A DNA stretch of 64,000 bases, from assembly GCA_963726195.1 (NCBI GenBank), contig CAVSBO010000016.1, positions 64,001 through 128,000 on the forward strand, in the 5' to 3' direction. This DNA is from Candidatus Thorarchaeota archaeon (GTDB lineage Archaea; Asgardarchaeota; Thorarchaeia; Thorarchaeales; Thorarchaeaceae). The notes beneath the pieces are model-generated. The model saw only the letters and a list, made by a program, of their open reading frames with translations, ran no database searches and was not told the DNA's origin. The translations under genes were made by a program, and so were the position numbers. How positions within the stretch are numbered: the first letter of the stretch is position 1; each line of letters opens with the position of its first letter. Positions 41,563-50,918 of the stretch are shown here, one piece after another.

Positions 41563-42797
41563 GTGATTAAGACGTACACGCTCAAGCATGGCCTCCACTT
41601 AGACGGGTTTCTCTTGGCTTACCGGGATGCGCTCAACAAGATGATCTCCAAAATCTGGGAGAACATCCGTTGGATAGAGAAGTCGAAGAAGAGCAGCAAC
41701 CAAGTGCGGGTATTCCCGTCAATCCCCAGCTATGCGTTCAAGAAGCGGATGCGGGGCGAATTCCTCAACGAGTGGGAGTATTCCGCGCACTGGATCGACT
41801 CCGCGCTGAAGACCGCGTTCTCTATCATCGACTCATGGAAGAAGAACTACAACAAGGGACAACGGAAGCGGAACAAGCCCGTTGTGAAGCGATTCTTCGT
41901 CCGGGTGAAACAGACATTGATGAAGGTTGAGAACGAACGGATGCGAATCTCGATTAAGCCGAATCAGTTCGTTTACGTAGACCTCTCCAAGCGGTACTTC
42001 CCACTGGACGGAAAAATCGGGGAACCGATCCTCACTGACACGAGACTGCACATCCCGATCACGCTTCCGGATGGTAAGCCAGACCCGAACGACGTGATCG
42101 GGTGGGACTCCAATATATTCTCCATCGACGGATACTCGGAGAGCCGCGGTTGGGTCAAGGTGGACATCAAGTCGTTGCACACCATTCACGTCACGTATGA
42201 CGACAAATTCAGGAGCATTAACCGGGTCTACGCCCGCAACAAGAAGGCGGGCAAGAAGCTCTATGCCAAGTACCGGGCACGGTGCAGGAACCGGGTGAAG
42301 GAATACTTGTGCGACGTTGCCAACCTGATGACCAAGGTTCCTGCAATCCATGGGTTCGAGAATCTGGAAAAGAAATACCTGTTCAAGAGCTATCGCCACC
42401 GCTGGAACCGCAATCTTGGTCACCGGATTGGCGGCAGCTCTACCAGCTCGTCAAGAATAAAGCCGAGACCGTCAAGGTGAATCCGGCATGGACATCGAAG
42501 CGCTGCAGCAGGTGCGGGGCAACCAACAAATCCCTGAGAGCTGAGAAGGTCTTCGAGTGCCCATCGTGCGGATTGAAAATCGATCGGCAGTTCAACGCGA
42601 GCGTCAACATCTACCTGAAGATGAGAGGAGTTTCACCGGAAGTGCCATGGTTCGATACCACGGTGCTCCCGGCCGGGTTGCCCTTGATGGGGGCAGAGAC
42701 GAGTGATGCCGATGAACTCGCGAGGCATTTCGATGAACTGATGAAGCCCCAAGTCTACGTAACTCTGTCAAAGACTACGCCGACTATAACCCACTGA
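41563..42797 (+). mobile_element. tnpB: TnpB-family gene (frameshift ~42425) with RuvC-III DRQ variant
   Basis: GWDSN, GFENL, VNPAWTSKRCSRCG, CPSCG, DRQFNASVNI; element ends not resolved. Confidence 0.85.
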
Positions 42798-42855
42798 GCA
42801 AGACTTAAAACCGGTTCTAAGCGTGCGTCAATGACTGAACCCGGAGGTAGTCTTC

Positions 42856-43236
42856 ATGGGTGTCTGGCATGGTAAGACTGGTCGCAGATTAACTGGTGCG
42901 CGAGTTAAGAAATCCAGAGGCAAGAAGAAGTACGAAATGGGTCATTCGCCAACAGAAACAATCGTGGGCGAAACCAAGAGACGCACCCTTGGCAGCAAAG
43001 GAGTTCATCATAAGAAGAGACCAGCTCTGCGAGTCAAAGAGGTCAACGTAACCGACTCTAAGAAGAACCAGACTTTCTGTGTAGAAATTCAAGAAGTAGA
43101 GAAGAATCCAGCCAACCTAGACTACCAGCGACGGAAAGTGATTACTCGCGGCACTATCATTAAGACACCAAAGGGCCGCGCAAAGGTCACCAGTCGTCCA
43201 GGTCAAGATGGCGCCGTAAACGCTGTACTAATCTGA
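42856..43236 (+). CDS. rps8e: 30S ribosomal protein eS8
   Basis: KKKYEMG, NPAN..YQRRKVITRGTII, VTSRPGQDG. Confidence 0.97.
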   Translation: MGVWHGKTGRRLTGARVKKSRGKKKYEMGHSPTETIVGETKRRTLGSKGVHHKKRPALRVKEVNVTDSKKNQTFCVEIQEVEKNPANLDYQRRKVITRGTIIKTPKGRAKVTSRPGQDGAVNAVLI

Positions 43237-43240
43237 GATT

Positions 43241-43635
43241 CTATCTCTTGGCAGCAGGGGCAACCTCAGCCTCGATATTTGTGATGAAGAAGTCCTTGCC
43301 GCCTGTGATCATCGTTGCGCTGCTACCGCAGTTCGTACATTTCATTGGTGCAAACATTGCTGCAGGACCAAGCGCCTCATCAGGACTGCCAGCCTCCCCT
43401 TCGTGCCCACAGTCTTTGCATTTTACTCTCCCCTTGACCATCTTGATGTTGAGCTCACTCCCTCCAGAATCGTCTTTTGAGTCGCAATCTCGAAATTAAA
43501 CTCGAGTTGCTCGGGGACAAGAAAGGTGAACTCACCGACCTCCACGTTAACCACCGTGACTCTCTTGACTTTGTGGCTCTTGGCAGCCTCCATGACTGCG
43601 TCAATGATTGAACAGGCAGCCGAGTATTCGTGCAG
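43241..43635 (-). CDS. hypA: Hydrogenase nickel chaperone HypA (apparent CTG start, frameshift ~43460)
   Basis: (M)HEYS, EVGEFTFLVPEQLEFNF, CKDC..CTNCGS..GGKDF. Confidence 0.9.
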
Positions 43636-43709
43636 GCCGAGTCACCACAGCAGAGAAAGCCTGAAGTGTGTTAAGGCGTTTTTGATACAGCAAGCATTGC
43701 TAACACCCC

Positions 43710-44306
43710 TTGCCCAATTCGAGAACCGCATTCGAGTCCTTGAATCCCGGAGACAGAGACTTGCCCAAGCCAGCGAAAGCAAAGAAAGCTACTGTGAAAA
43801 CATACGCTGGAACAAAGAAGGGCAGAACCACAAAGAAGTCCGGGGTTGATGTTATCGAAAGAAAACCTGCGAAGGCCAAGCAACAAGTTGCCATGGTCAA
43901 GAGAGTACCCATAAGTCCAGAAGACCAGAACTATGTTCTGAACGACCTCCTCATCGAGTCGCAAAGTGCGGACGAACAGATGTCGCTTGGTGCAATTGAC
44001 CGTCTCGGCCGTATGGATGACACGCGTGCAACGGCATGCCTCGTCAGCTGCCTCAAGGACCCGAGATTCATAGTCCGTATCTACGCTGCTGCTCAGCTTG
44101 GTGAGAGAAACGATGCGTCAGCAGTCGAATCGTTGATAGAAGCTCTCCACGATGAATCTGTGTTTGTCAGGCAGACTGTGGCAGGAGCCCTAGGGCACAT
44201 TGGTGGCGAAAAAGCCGTTCAAGCAGTGAAAGAAGCTGAGACTGAAGGGCTGCTACTCAACGAACTGCCTGAAGGAAGGCGACTTGACCCGCCTCCGGAA
44301 GTGTGA
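43710..44306 (+). CDS. PBS-lyase-type HEAT-repeat protein with Lys-rich N-terminus
   Basis: LKDPRFIVRIYAAAQLG, LHDESVFVRQTVAGALG. Confidence 0.85.
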   Translation: MPNSRTAFESLNPGDRDLPKPAKAKKATVKTYAGTKKGRTTKKSGVDVIERKPAKAKQQVAMVKRVPISPEDQNYVLNDLLIESQSADEQMSLGAIDRLGRMDDTRATACLVSCLKDPRFIVRIYAAAQLGERNDASAVESLIEALHDESVFVRQTVAGALGHIGGEKAVQAVKEAETEGLLLNELPEGRRLDPPPEV

Positions 44307-44350
44307 GTATGCATCCAGGGCTTAGCAGAGAGTAGTGGTTTCCCAGAAAT

Positions 44351-45931
44351 CTATCTTTTTGTCTTCTTGGTGTCGCCCTTTCTGTAGGACTCTGCTAACA
44401 AATCCGGGATGTATCGTGTCTCAATGTTGGTGCCCTTTAGGATGTCAGTTATCTGAATCGTGCAGAACGGACACTCGGTCGCAACCATCTGGGCCCCCGT
44501 CGCTTCGATGTATTCCTTCTTCGTAGTTGCTATCTTCATCGAAAGCTCGCGCTTTCCTGCACGTACGCCGCCGCCCGCACCACAACAACGGTTCTTGTAT
44601 GGGTCGTCGATATACTCAAGCCCGGGAATCATCTTGAGCAGCTCAATTGGCTGTGTTACGACTCCCTGCCCGCGGCCAAGGTGACACGGTTCGTGGTATG
44701 TCACCTTGATCTTGAGCTCGCCCTTCGGCTTAATGATGTTTTCTTCGCCAATCGCATCCAGCATGTATTCCGCGAGGTCATAGACCTTGAACTTTGGGGG
44801 CTCGCCGCGCATCTCCTCGACGAGAGGACGATGGTCCTCACGCAGGGTCTTGCCACAACCTGCGCAGGCGACAACGACTGTGTCCAGCTTGTACTTGTCC
44901 ATGACTTTCTCAAAAATCTCGGTGACCCTTTTGGCGGCGTCCTTGGCTGTGTGGGTGTCTCCGGTTCTGAAAGCAGGACTTGCACAACACCACTGCTCCT
45001 TTGGAACAATGACATCAATGTTGTTTCGGTTCAAGACCTCAATCAATGCCCTGCCAGTGTTTGGCATGCGATAGTCAATCAGACAGCCGGTGAAAAATGC
45101 GACTCGACCACGTGGCTTCTTGACGAGGAACTCCTCTGTGCCTATGCTCTTCAGAAGAGGCGCTTCCTTCTCAGGAACCGACCTGCCAGTAGCGTTAATT
45201 GAATCTATGAACGCTTGCTGACCTTCTGCAAGGGCGTAGCCAGCCTCAACAGCTTTTGCTCTCAACAACTCGACTGCTAGGCTTGGTATCTTGATTCGCT
45301 TGGGACAGATATCCTCGCACATTTTGCACGTGGTGCAGCTGTAGACGGACTCGTCCATTGCCATGGCGACACGATCTTCAACATCACGTGGGTCCAGCTC
45401 CAATCGAGCGAGTTGTCTGATAATCATGGGCCCAGGATAATCCCAAGTCTCATGCACGATTGGACAATTAGAAAGGCATGCCGAGCACTCAATGCACTTC
45501 CGTATTTCCCGAACCTTTTCGATTTCTTCGCTGTGAATTATCTCGGGTCTCTGAGGAGGTGTATCCCTTGCGACATAAGGTCTGATACGTCTAATCCTCA
45601 TTGTGACCTGTGCCAAGTCCACAACAAGGTCCTTGATGATTGGCATCTTCTCAAGCGGCTCGAGCTTCAGGGAGGAAACGTCCGGGTTGACTTTCGTCCG
45701 ACAGGCTATCCGGGCTGTGCCGTTAACCTTCACAGCACAGGAACCGCACTGCCCGCCTCTGCATTCCCACCGAAAAGCAAGACTTGAGTCGTACTTATCC
45801 TGAATGTATAGTAATGCATCAAGAATAGTCATTCCGGGTTCGAAAGCGACATTGAAGTCTTGAAAGTAAGGCGCATTGTCAATGTCAGGGTTATATCTCT
45901 GAACACTAGCCTTGAAGGTCTTGGTTGCCAT
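44351..45931 (-). CDS. tfrB: Thiol:fumarate reductase subunit B (2Fe-2S, 4Fe-4S, two CCG domains)
   Basis: CRGGQCGSC, CIECSAC, CTTCKMC, FFTGC, WCCAS, YHEPCHL, RCCGAGGG, ECPFC. Confidence 0.88.
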   Translation of the reverse strand: MATKTFKASVQRYNPDIDNAPYFQDFNVAFEPGMTILDALLYIQDKYDSSLAFRWECRGGQCGSCAVKVNGTARIACRTKVNPDVSSLKLEPLEKMPIIKDLVVDLAQVTMRIRRIRPYVARDTPPQRPEIIHSEEIEKVREIRKCIECSACLSNCPIVHETWDYPGPMIIRQLARLELDPRDVEDRVAMAMDESVYSCTTCKMCEDICPKRIKIPSLAVELLRAKAVEAGYALAEGQQAFIDSINATGRSVPEKEAPLLKSIGTEEFLVKKPRGRVAFFTGCLIDYRMPNTGRALIEVLNRNNIDVIVPKEQWCCASPAFRTGDTHTAKDAAKRVTEIFEKVMDKYKLDTVVVACAGCGKTLREDHRPLVEEMRGEPPKFKVYDLAEYMLDAIGEENIIKPKGELKIKVTYHEPCHLGRGQGVVTQPIELLKMIPGLEYIDDPYKNRCCGAGGGVRAGKRELSMKIATTKKEYIEATGAQMVATECPFCTIQITDILKGTNIETRYIPDLLAESYRKGDTKKTKR

Positions 45932-45945
45932 TGCCTATTCCTCCA

Positions 45946-47649
45946 CTACGGCGGCGTAATCTTAGTGATAACCAATGGGTCCTTTCTCAGCTGCATCTGC
46001 CCATCGGGGCCCTTGCGTATTATGATATTGTAATAGCCCTTATCATTGGGGTCAGCATCTGTCCTGAAGTGCGCACCTCTGCTGCCCTTCCTCAGCAGTG
46101 CGGCTTCGGAGACCATCCTCGCGGTTATCACCATGTGCGCAAACTCGATAGCTTGGTGCCAGCCCGGATTGAATCGTTTTATCTGTTTGTCCACCTTGAC
46201 CCTTGGCACCATTTCCTTTTCCATTCTTCTGAGTTCTTGAACAGCATAGGAAAGACCCTTCTCATTCCTGAATATGTGCACATTCTCTTCCATTAGTTTG
46301 GTCAGGGCCGCGCGGGCTTCAGCTGGCGAAACTCCTTCCCTGCGCTGCAACATGGCCTCAAGACGTTCGAACTCATGAATCGCATCATCTCTATTGAAAC
46401 CGAGCAGCTTGCCGCCCTTCGCATACTTCGCCGCGTTCGTTCCGGCAATCGAACCGAAAACCTGAGTGTCGGCTAGGGCATTCCCACCGAGCCTGTTGCC
46501 CCCGTGCACACCACCTGTGCATTCTCCAGCCGCGTATAGACCAGAGATACTCGTTGCCGCTTCTTCGTTGATTCTAATTCCACCCATGAAGTGATGGGCG
46601 GTCGGGGCAACGACCATGGGCTCCTCATGAATGTCCACGCCAGCGTCCTCAAACTGCTCAACCATGCTCTCTAGCCTGTAATCAATAATCGACCTTGGCA
46701 AGTGCGCAACACTGAGGTAGACCCCGCCGTCTGGTGTACCTCTGCCCTGCATTATCTCGGTCATTATCGCGCGCGTCACCTGGTCACGACCTGCAAGCTC
46801 AAGCACGTCCGGATAGTATCGTTCCATGAAACGTTCACCGCGAGCATTCAGCAGGATTCCTCCTTCGCCTCGCACAGCTTCCGTGACAAGTCGTCCGCGG
46901 GCGGATTCTGGCTTGACTTGGCCCGTTGGGTGGAACTGCACGTGCTCCATATCGAGCATTTCACAGCCCGCATCATAGGCCATAGCGTAACCGTCGCCTA
47001 CGTCGAGCTGAGCATTACTGGTAACCTTGTAAACGCGCCCCGCCCCACCTGTTGCCATAACAATGGACTTCGCTCTGAAAACCAGATAGTCTCCGTACTT
47101 CAAATCGATAGCCGTGACGCCAGCGACCTTGCCATCTGTGATTAGGAGTTTCGTGGCGAATATCTCATCGAAGACTCTCACAGAGGCCTTTCGGATCCCC
47201 TCGGTGAGTGTGACCATTATCTCAGAACCTGTTCTATCGGACGCATAGGCAGTCCTTCGCCAGGTTTGCTTGCCGAATGCCCTTTGTGCTATCTTTCCTT
47301 CGGGAGTTCTGTCAAAAACTGCGCCCATCTCTTCCAAGTCGTAGATCCTTTCCGCGGCGTCCCTCACCAGAATCTCGACAAGCTTCTGATTGTTCAGGTA
47401 GTTGCCACCAACGATTGTGTCTTTGAAATGTGTGTCAGGTTTGTCAGCGGAGTCTACATTTCCGAGTGCAGCGTTGTAGCCGCCTTCGGCCATTGATGTG
47501 TGAGCCTTGCCAAGAAGTTCCTTACTAAGCATGATCACATCTAGGTTCTGCTTTGATGCCTCTATCGCGGCGCGGCATCCTGCTCCGCCAGCACCGACGA
47601 CAAGCACATCGCAGACAATCGTCTTGTAGTCCAAGTAAAGTCCTCCCAA
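45946..47649 (-). CDS. tfrA: Fumarate reductase flavoprotein subunit
   Basis: GAGGAG, AHTSMAEGG, QFHPTG, TEAVRGEGG, HHFMGG, HGGNRLGGN. Confidence 0.9.
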   Translation of the reverse strand: MGGLYLDYKTIVCDVLVVGAGGAGCRAAIEASKQNLDVIMLSKELLGKAHTSMAEGGYNAALGNVDSADKPDTHFKDTIVGGNYLNNQKLVEILVRDAAERIYDLEEMGAVFDRTPEGKIAQRAFGKQTWRRTAYASDRTGSEIMVTLTEGIRKASVRVFDEIFATKLLITDGKVAGVTAIDLKYGDYLVFRAKSIVMATGGAGRVYKVTSNAQLDVGDGYAMAYDAGCEMLDMEHVQFHPTGQVKPESARGRLVTEAVRGEGGILLNARGERFMERYYPDVLELAGRDQVTRAIMTEIMQGRGTPDGGVYLSVAHLPRSIIDYRLESMVEQFEDAGVDIHEEPMVVAPTAHHFMGGIRINEEAATSISGLYAAGECTGGVHGGNRLGGNALADTQVFGSIAGTNAAKYAKGGKLLGFNRDDAIHEFERLEAMLQRREGVSPAEARAALTKLMEENVHIFRNEKGLSYAVQELRRMEKEMVPRVKVDKQIKRFNPGWHQAIEFAHMVITARMVSEAALLRKGSRGAHFRTDADPNDKGYYNIIIRKGPDGQMQLRKDPLVITKITPP

Positions 47650-47885
47650 CGTGAACTCTTTCCGACTCGACGGCGGTCGGTCATTGAGCGGCTTTTATCC
47701 TTACTGTTCTACTTGGTACTGCATGCTTGATGCGAATTGTGCATTTACTTCTCAAAGGCAGGCATTCTGACAATCGTGACAGTGAATCTGGCATTTGGCG
47801 CCAAGATTCGCCTATTGTGGTACAGACTAATCATATCTAAATGGGTCCGCACGAATAAAGGCGCAGGATAATGGGGTGCCGAATC

Positions 47886-47987
47886 ATGGATGTCGAAAAC
47901 GTCCTGCTGGCTATCGCATTGTTCGTCCTAGTCTTGGTCGCTCTGTACGGAATGACTGTGCCGATGCTGAGCGCACTGGGAATCTAA
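47886..47987 (+). CDS. 33-aa single-pass membrane microprotein
   Basis: MDVENVLLAIALFVLVLVALYGMTVPMLSALGI preceded by SD-like GGGGTG. Confidence 0.55.
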   Translation: MDVENVLLAIALFVLVLVALYGMTVPMLSALGI

Positions 47988-48096
47988 GCAAGAGGACTGA
48001 GCAAGAGAAGCGTTTCCAAATGCCCGTCGTGATTCGTAAAGAGCTGCGACGCTGCAGCCAAGTCCCATGTGATTGACTACTTGGATAATGGCTGAA

Positions 48097-48705
48097 CTAC
48101 GGCTTGATGCCCAGCTTCGCGTAGACCTCTGCTTTCTTGGCCTCCACCTTTTTTGCTATGTCGTCGTGAAGGCTATTGCCATGTGAATCCATGGTCACGA
48201 GAAGCGGTCCGAAGTCTTTTGCCGTAATTACCCAAAGGGCCTCTGGCATGCCGAGATCCTGCCACTCGTACGCTCTGACTTCCTTGAGACCCTTGGCTGC
48301 GAGCGCTCCGCAGCCGCCCGTATAACTGCAGTAGACTGCACCGACCTCCTTCAATGCGGCCAGTGTCTTGGGTCCCATGCCACCCTTTCCTACGATTATT
48401 CGTGCTCTGAACTTGCGTAGAAATTCATCTTCGAAGAGCTCCATGCGCGTGCTCGTAGTTGGACCCGCGGAAACTATCTGCCATTTGCCGCCTTTCTTCC
48501 ACGCAACCGGACCAACATGGTAGATGACGCTTCCATTGAAATCGACAGGTGGTTTCTCCCCTTTCTTTAGCAGCTCCAGCGCACGCTGGTGGGCCTCGTC
48601 ACGGGCGGTATAGACATGTTCTCCGGAAACGTATATAATGTCGCCAACCTTCAGCTTCCTAGCATCGGCCTCCGAAATAGGTGTGGTTAGATGATACTCT
48701 GCCAT
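48097..48705 (-). CDS. Class I fumarate hydratase beta subunit
   Basis: TARDEAH, YHVGP, GPTTSTRME, GKGGMG, LGMPEA, MDSHGN. Confidence 0.92.
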   Translation of the reverse strand: MAEYHLTTPISEADARKLKVGDIIYVSGEHVYTARDEAHQRALELLKKGEKPPVDFNGSVIYHVGPVAWKKGGKWQIVSAGPTTSTRMELFEDEFLRKFRARIIVGKGGMGPKTLAALKEVGAVYCSYTGGCGALAAKGLKEVRAYEWQDLGMPEALWVITAKDFGPLLVTMDSHGNSLHDDIAKKVEAKKAEVYAKLGIKP

Positions 48706-48706
48706 T

Positions 48707-49606
48707 TCACTTTCCTCCCGGGTGTGTCAGATACTTCACCTTGAGATCCTTCGAAATCACGGCTGTGCTCCTTCTGGCAGCCCAGCACTGGACGGCAACG
48801 CCAACCGGAAGACTAGCGGGATGGCGCATTGCATAACCGATTTTCACAGCTAGGACTGTTGTCTTGCCACCAAGCCCCATCGGTCCGATCCCTGTCATAT
48901 TCAACGCATCCGCGAGCTCCTTCTCAAGCTTCGCAACTTCAGGCTCAGGGTGGCTATCGTCCAGCGGTCTTAGTAGCTGCTGTTTGGCAATCTTGATTGA
49001 AATGTCAGCTCCCCCGCCGATGCCTATGCCGATTATGTTCGGCGAGCAGGCTTCGCCCATGTACTTCATTGCATTGTCGACCACGAGCTTCTTCACTCCG
49101 GCGAGACCGGCGCTAGGCTTGAGCATGCCAACTATCGAGACGTTCTCACTGCCGCCGCCCTTCGGAAACACTGTTATCTCTAGCGAGTCGCCGGATACAA
49201 TCTCCCAGTTGACCCAAGGAATCTTCTCTCCTATGTTGTCACCTGAGTTTGTTCCTTTGAAAGGATGGACTGCATTCGGTCTGAGCGGTATCTCCTCAGT
49301 CGCCTTTCTTGTCGCTGATGTCAGTGCATCCTGAATGGAATCAATGTAAGGGAATTTAGCTCCGACCTTCACGTAGTAGATAATGACTCCAGTGTCTTGA
49401 CACATCGGTATTCCCGTCGCAGCAATCTCCAGGTTCGAGATGATTGCTGAGAGCTGTGTCTTTGCGGTCGGGTCGTCCTCGTTTCTGTACGCTGTCCTAA
49501 GAGCCGCTTCCACATCGCTTGGCAGTTTCGTTACTGCCATTTTCAACATGCGAACCACAGTATCTTGGATCACCTGACTCGCGTCTGTCATGACTATCAG
49601 CTTCAT
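48707..49606 (-). CDS. Class I fumarate hydratase alpha subunit
   Basis: PMCQDTG, PKGGGSEN, GIGPMGLGG, HPASLPV, QCWAARR. Confidence 0.92.
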   Translation of the reverse strand: MKLIVMTDASQVIQDTVVRMLKMAVTKLPSDVEAALRTAYRNEDDPTAKTQLSAIISNLEIAATGIPMCQDTGVIIYYVKVGAKFPYIDSIQDALTSATRKATEEIPLRPNAVHPFKGTNSGDNIGEKIPWVNWEIVSGDSLEITVFPKGGGSENVSIVGMLKPSAGLAGVKKLVVDNAMKYMGEACSPNIIGIGIGGGADISIKIAKQQLLRPLDDSHPEPEVAKLEKELADALNMTGIGPMGLGGKTTVLAVKIGYAMRHPASLPVGVAVQCWAARRSTAVISKDLKVKYLTHPGGK

Positions 49607-49819
49607 GATGTTGCTCCGCGGAAATTGATAACACCTGTCCCAGCGGGGTGACTGCTCACTTCAAACGGCACCTAATCTGTATTGCTGTCAGTTGCAGAAC
49701 TGTCTGAACATAAGAGAAATCCACATCCGGGAGATGGTTATATCTCAGGTTCCTGCACATGAACATACAGCCTCACAAGACGGACGAAGGCATGAAGTGC
49801 GGGCGAAGATTGAGAGACC

Positions 49820-50308
49820 ATGATTCCAAGCCTAACGATGTCATCCGTATTGTCCGTTCTGACTGCTCTGAGCCTCCTATCCTTCTACAGCTACCTTGAC
49901 ATACGCCATCGCCAAGTATCAAATACTGCTGTACTGCTCGGAGGTGCGCTCGCATTCGTCGTGGTCGTATTATCCGGCCATCTACAGGCTCGACTTCCGC
50001 TCCACCTGTCTGCAGTCATCTTTGTTCCTTTGCTCTCATACTCACTGTTCAGGATTGGCGCTCTTGGTGGGGCAGATGTGAAGATATTATTGATCACCGC
50101 AATAGTGAGCCCGGGCTTTGAACTCATGGAGATGACCAACGCTCTGTTCGAGTCGGTATTGTCAGCATCTATTCAGATGTTTCTCATGTTGCTGGGCGGC
50201 TATCTGTATACACGAACGTCCGGCCACAAGAACCATGCAATCTCCCCACCGCTAATTCCATTCCTCTTTTTGGGGTATTTCGTGATACAGCTCATGGCAC
50301 TGGTCTAG
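49820..50308 (+). CDS. Prepilin peptidase A24-type (short, N-terminal domain only)
   Basis: YLDIRHRQVSN and LGGADVK catalytic Asp motifs. Confidence 0.8.
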   Translation: MIPSLTMSSVLSVLTALSLLSFYSYLDIRHRQVSNTAVLLGGALAFVVVVLSGHLQARLPLHLSAVIFVPLLSYSLFRIGALGGADVKILLITAIVSPGFELMEMTNALFESVLSASIQMFLMLLGGYLYTRTSGHKNHAISPPLIPFLFLGYFVIQLMALV

Positions 50309-50676
50309 AGCCCCGACCTGCCAAGCCCCGCAAATACGAGCTTCTGAAGAATGCTGGAAGGAACCGCGAATGCATAGAAGAGAGTCCAAAGCACTACCCA
50401 CATGAGCAAGTAAGACATCAAGGAATTGGTGACTAGTCTTTGTCGTCCGCCCATGACAGTTGGATCAACATCCAAGAGGTAGACAATGACAAAAATCGTG
50501 AGCACATACATGAGGACGCCGAAGATAAGCCCTCTCAGTCCTGCGAACGTCTGACCGCCTGCGGCGCATATGATGGCAGTTATGATGGCAAAGAGCATCT
50601 TCACGTAGAAAGTCTGATCCTGGGGACGCTTTTCCCATCTGCCGAATAGCTGTTTGAAGACAGACTTGAAGCTCAC
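50305..50676 (-). CDS. EMC6/Rab5ip-like 3-TM protein
   Basis: FYVKMLFAIITAII..GLRGLIFG..LVTNSLMSYLLMWVVLWTLFY. Confidence 0.65.
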   Translation of the reverse strand: MSFKSVFKQLFGRWEKRPQDQTFYVKMLFAIITAIICAAGGQTFAGLRGLIFGVLMYVLTIFVIVYLLDVDPTVMGGRQRLVTNSLMSYLLMWVVLWTLFYAFAVPSSILQKLVFAGLGRSGL

Positions 50677-50918
50677 GTTTACTCACCGGTCGGACTGGAG
50701 CAGGGTCGGTTAATAAAGTTATAATCGTATCGCTCTCAATCATGGCATGGATCCGACGGTATCGAAGAGAATTAATGGATATGTGGTAACAAAGAGTTCG
50801 AAACTACTGATAGAGACTCGTGAAATAGACTGCTTAGGTCTTGTTTTCACCCGTAATCTCATTGATTTCGACAGAATTCAAGACGTCGGTGATTCTACCG
50901 TAGGCTGGCGATTACTGA

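Noticed and set aside
43710-44306. Deoxyhypusine hydroxylase (HEAT repeats, dys in the window)
   Set aside because: Lacks the His-Glu iron-binding motifs
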